Source of the DNA: Schmidtea polychroa
Lineage: Eukaryota
Length of the DNA: 64,000 bases
Direction: 5' to 3'
Assembly (NCBI GenBank): GCA_044892525.1
Contig: CM097885.1
Location: 74,524,001 to 74,588,000 of the forward strand
The position numbers and the translations under genes were made by a program. Positions 60,909 through 64,000 of the stretch are shown here, one piece after another (position 1 is the first letter of the stretch; each line of letters starts with the position of its first letter). The notes beneath the pieces were generated by a model. The model made no database searches. It was not told the DNA's origin and saw only the letters and a program-made list of their open reading frames with translations.

Positions 60909-61973
60909 TGTTAGGGATATGCCTGGAGCCTTAGTGACAAAATAAATAAAAAATTACTATAATTAGTAATACCATAAATAAAAATAATAAAGTGTTACCG
61001 AAAATAAAAGATAAGTCTTTTTAATTACTATTAATAGAATTAGGTAATATATAGGAATATTTGTGAATACTATTACTATATATAGTAATTATATAAGTAC
61101 TATTAATATATTAAATAAGTAAAAAATAATATAAATACCGTTTCAAAACCAAAACGAGAGAGAGAAAAATTGGAGACGATAATCTTGAGGACGATAAAAA
61201 CTGTGATTGAAAGTTAAATTAACGAATAGATTGGAGAGAATAATAACCAGAAAAGTAGTTAATTGATCCATCGAAGAAACGTGATTAAAGAATCACCGAG
61301 ATAAATTAATTCCAAGAATTTGACCACAATCGCAAGGTTTCGGATCAAATTTGAATATTTTAGTCTCACAAGGCGAAATTCCGGCTCAAATTACGAATTA
61401 ATTATCGCAGAAACTTTTCTATAAATTACGGACGAGAATTGACCAGAGAAAAAAGGAAGACTTGAAAGAGAAATTGAAACAGATTAGTGACAACAGAAGG
61501 AGCAGTTAAATTCAGGCAAGGTAAAAGATTTAATTAATTGTGTTGGGTAAGGATAAATTATTATCCTTGGGAAGGGAATTAAATAAAGCGAACACAAAGT
61601 ACAGATAGCGACTTTCGTGTTACCTGGTAGCCCCAAAATCAACCCTCTTGCTTTTTCCACTATCTTTCTAGTTTATTTAGCGATCGTTGTGCTACACAGG
61701 AGCCATCGATTTCTTGCAGGCTGTTGGTAAACAGTAAGGATTAATAAATCCGTTTACTTGTACTCTTTGAACATATTTTGTAAATTTCTGTTATAAGTTA
61801 TTAAATATATTTTTATAAAAATAGAAAGTAGTTAGTTGTTTTTTATTTAGTGATTTAAATATTAAAACGCGCAACCACATTAAATATAACTTATTTATAT
61901 TTATTTTTATTTAGTTAACTTATTGGAGTCATTTGTGTTAAGATCTGTAGTCCTCGTTTTTTCGATCTTAACA
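60909..61973 (+). repeat. Complete 5' LTR (1065 bp) of the main retroelement, right-arm copy
   Basis: TGTTAGGGAT...ATCTTAACA followed by TTT and the PBS. Confidence 0.95.
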
Positions 61974-61976
61974 TTT

Positions 61977-61994
61977 TGGTGAGCCCGACGTGAT
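61977..61994 (+). promoter_or_regulatory. Primer binding site, tRNA-Trp
   Basis: TGGTGAGCCCGACGTGAT. Confidence 0.85.
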
Positions 61995-62110
61995 AGCAAT
62001 TTAAGGGGAATAAGAATTTTATTTATAAAAGGCAAACATCTTTTTGAATCATTGAGTTAAGAAATAGAAGGGTAATAAATTTAAGACCAGGTAATAGAAA
62101 CCAGCAAATA

Positions 62111-64000
62111 ATGGCAGAGATAAATAATTTACAAAATCTAAATGAGAATAATTTACAAAATAATAATGTGCCAGTAGCTCAACCACCAGCGGTAGATTTT
62201 ATGAGATACCCAACAATTCCGATTAAACCATTTAGTGGAAACCCAGGGGAGTTTCCAGAATTTATGTCCGAATATTTTCAGTTAGCCAGAGCATTAGGAT
62301 TCCCGGAACCGGTAATGATTTTGAGATTACCTTTATATTTAAAAGGGATGGCGCGGGAAATATATAACGATGTTATAATAGCCGAGCATCCAGTTGAATG
62401 GAATGTATTACGATTAGCGTTACAAAACAGAATATTACCGGGGGATGCAACTAGAGTGCTGAGACAACAGTTTTATAACAGGCGACAAAATTCGGGTGAG
62501 ATTGTTGGGGAATTTTCATATCAAATAATGATGTTGGCAGAGAGAGCATTTGGTAATAGGGCAGCCTGGAATGATGCAACTAGAGCATTAGTGAAAGATC
62601 AGTTTTGGTCAGGGTTATCGTCAGCAATGAGAAATGCACTCAGTTTACACATAGGAGATAATTTAGAGGAATTAACTCGCAAAGCGTGTTTAATTGAAAG
62701 TAGCATTGAGAAATCAAATAATTTTGCTATTAGTAGCAACAAGTCAGACATTGAGTGTTTTAATTGTCATAAAAAGGGACATATGTCAAAAGATTGTAAA
62801 AGTAGGAATAATTCTCCAGGGGACAAATTGTGTACCAAGTGTGGGAGAAATAATCATGTGGCATCAAACTGTAGAATTTCGGACCTAAATTGTGAGAAAT
62901 GCAAGCGCAAGGGACATGTAGCGTCAGTTTGTAAAGCTAGTTTTGGGGGAAATAATTCAAATAATAATAATAATAGAAATAGAAGCCCCGATAGGAATTT
63001 TCGTGGTAATAATAATAATAATAATAACTTATAATAAGAAATAGTAATTTTAATAATAATATTAAAAGGGATGAAGTAAATTCGGGGGGGGGGAAATTAA
63101 ATGTCATAAGTGTGGGAAATTTGGTCATATTATGCGTTCTTGTCCACAGAATCAGTTATCTAATAACAATGGTAGTGACAATGCTAATAATAATCGATCG
63201 AAGCAGACAACGTTTGCCGTGAATTCAGATCACAAATTAACTTATTTGCAGCAGCTTGAATTAGAAATTCAAGAAGAGAGAAACAGGTTAGCGAGGCTAA
63301 CAACAAATGAAACGGATGAGTACGATGAAAATGAAGGTGTTTATATGACGTCAGCCAGAAAAAGGCGAAATAAAAATAATTATGTAGAACTTGAAGTGTT
63401 GATGCTTCAAGAGAGTCCATGGGAGGACAAAGAGGAAAAGGCTATAGTCATAGAACCAGAGGTCTGTGAGGGTTTACAGGTTTCACCCAGGAAAAATCTA
63501 GTGGCTATGGTCATGGAGCCAGAAGCCGACAGAGAAATAGAAGGTTTACCGGTTTCACCAGTTAAAAATCGTAAGGCTATGGACATGGATCCAGTAGCTA
63601 ATGAAATTGTTCCAACAGAAGTATTGGAAAAAAATGGGCTTCGGTCAGTGAGCCGGAAGTTCTTATAGCCACATCATCCATGCGAGGTGAGTGGGGTAGT
63701 GAACCAATAAAGGTTCGAGAAGCATCGAAAGAGGAAAGAAATCCCATCGATGACTGTAGAAAAATACTATTACGCAAGAGCGTATGGCAAAGAGAAATGA
63801 GACAGAAATTAGAAAATATTCGTTTAAACCCCGTTAATGAGAATGAGGTTGACAAAGTAATAGATATCATATCAGAGTTAGACAGAAATGAGGAATATTA
63901 TACAGAATTGAGAGAAATTCTGAGAAATATTGGCCTAAATTGGAAACAAAGAGAGAATCTGGAGGATTCTACAATTTTTGTATCTTTCCCAAAGGGTTGT
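62111..64000 (+). pseudogene. gag: Right-arm gag and downstream polyprotein start, runs off the window; private stop at 63032-34
   Basis: Identical to 20499-18610 except that TCAGAGT is replaced by ATAATA at ~63031, giving a -1 shift and TAA. Confidence 0.9.

Noticed and set aside
60909-64000. Independent second insertion of the retroelement
   Set aside because: Shared ATAT TSD, Tc1 continuity and 5' LTR variants show it is the same insertion.

Overview
AT-rich eukaryotic (invertebrate-like; host not identifiable from sequence alone) repeat-dense window with no clear host gene. (1) A ~15 kb Ty3/gypsy LTR retroelement (minus strand, 6420-21232; 1.07 kb LTRs, tRNA-Trp PBS, ATAT TSD). Its apparently separate ORFs join, across single in-frame stops and two -1 shifts, into one ~3,500-codon polyprotein: Gag (4 CCHC), two ubiquitin-like domains, AT-hook, Bcl-2-like domain, signal peptide plus chuvirus/gB-like fusion glycoprotein plus TM, PR-RT-RNaseH-IN, then a second signal peptide plus FN3-like TM protein. 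A separate, probably spliced REX4/ISG20-like pseudo-exonuclease ORF follows. (2) A decayed Polinton/Maverick-like module: protein-primed PolB, adenain-like protease, a single-repeat (half) TBP-like gene, orphan ORFs and terminal tandem arrays. It sits at the centre of a giant inverted duplication with a 1 kb unique spacer (32063-33067). (3) The second retroelement copy at 60909-64000 is the same insertion in the other arm: it shares the TSD and the interrupted Tc1 element. The left arm lacks 17.5 kb (43897-61380) through a 3-bp microhomology deletion. (4) That 17.5 kb is a nest of DNA-transposon relics (hAT-like, hAT, Merlin with 8-bp TSD, Charlie-type hAT, piggyBac) and retroelement fragments. 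All domain calls are by-eye motif recognition, not database searches. The inverted duplication may be an assembly, haplotype or amplification artefact.
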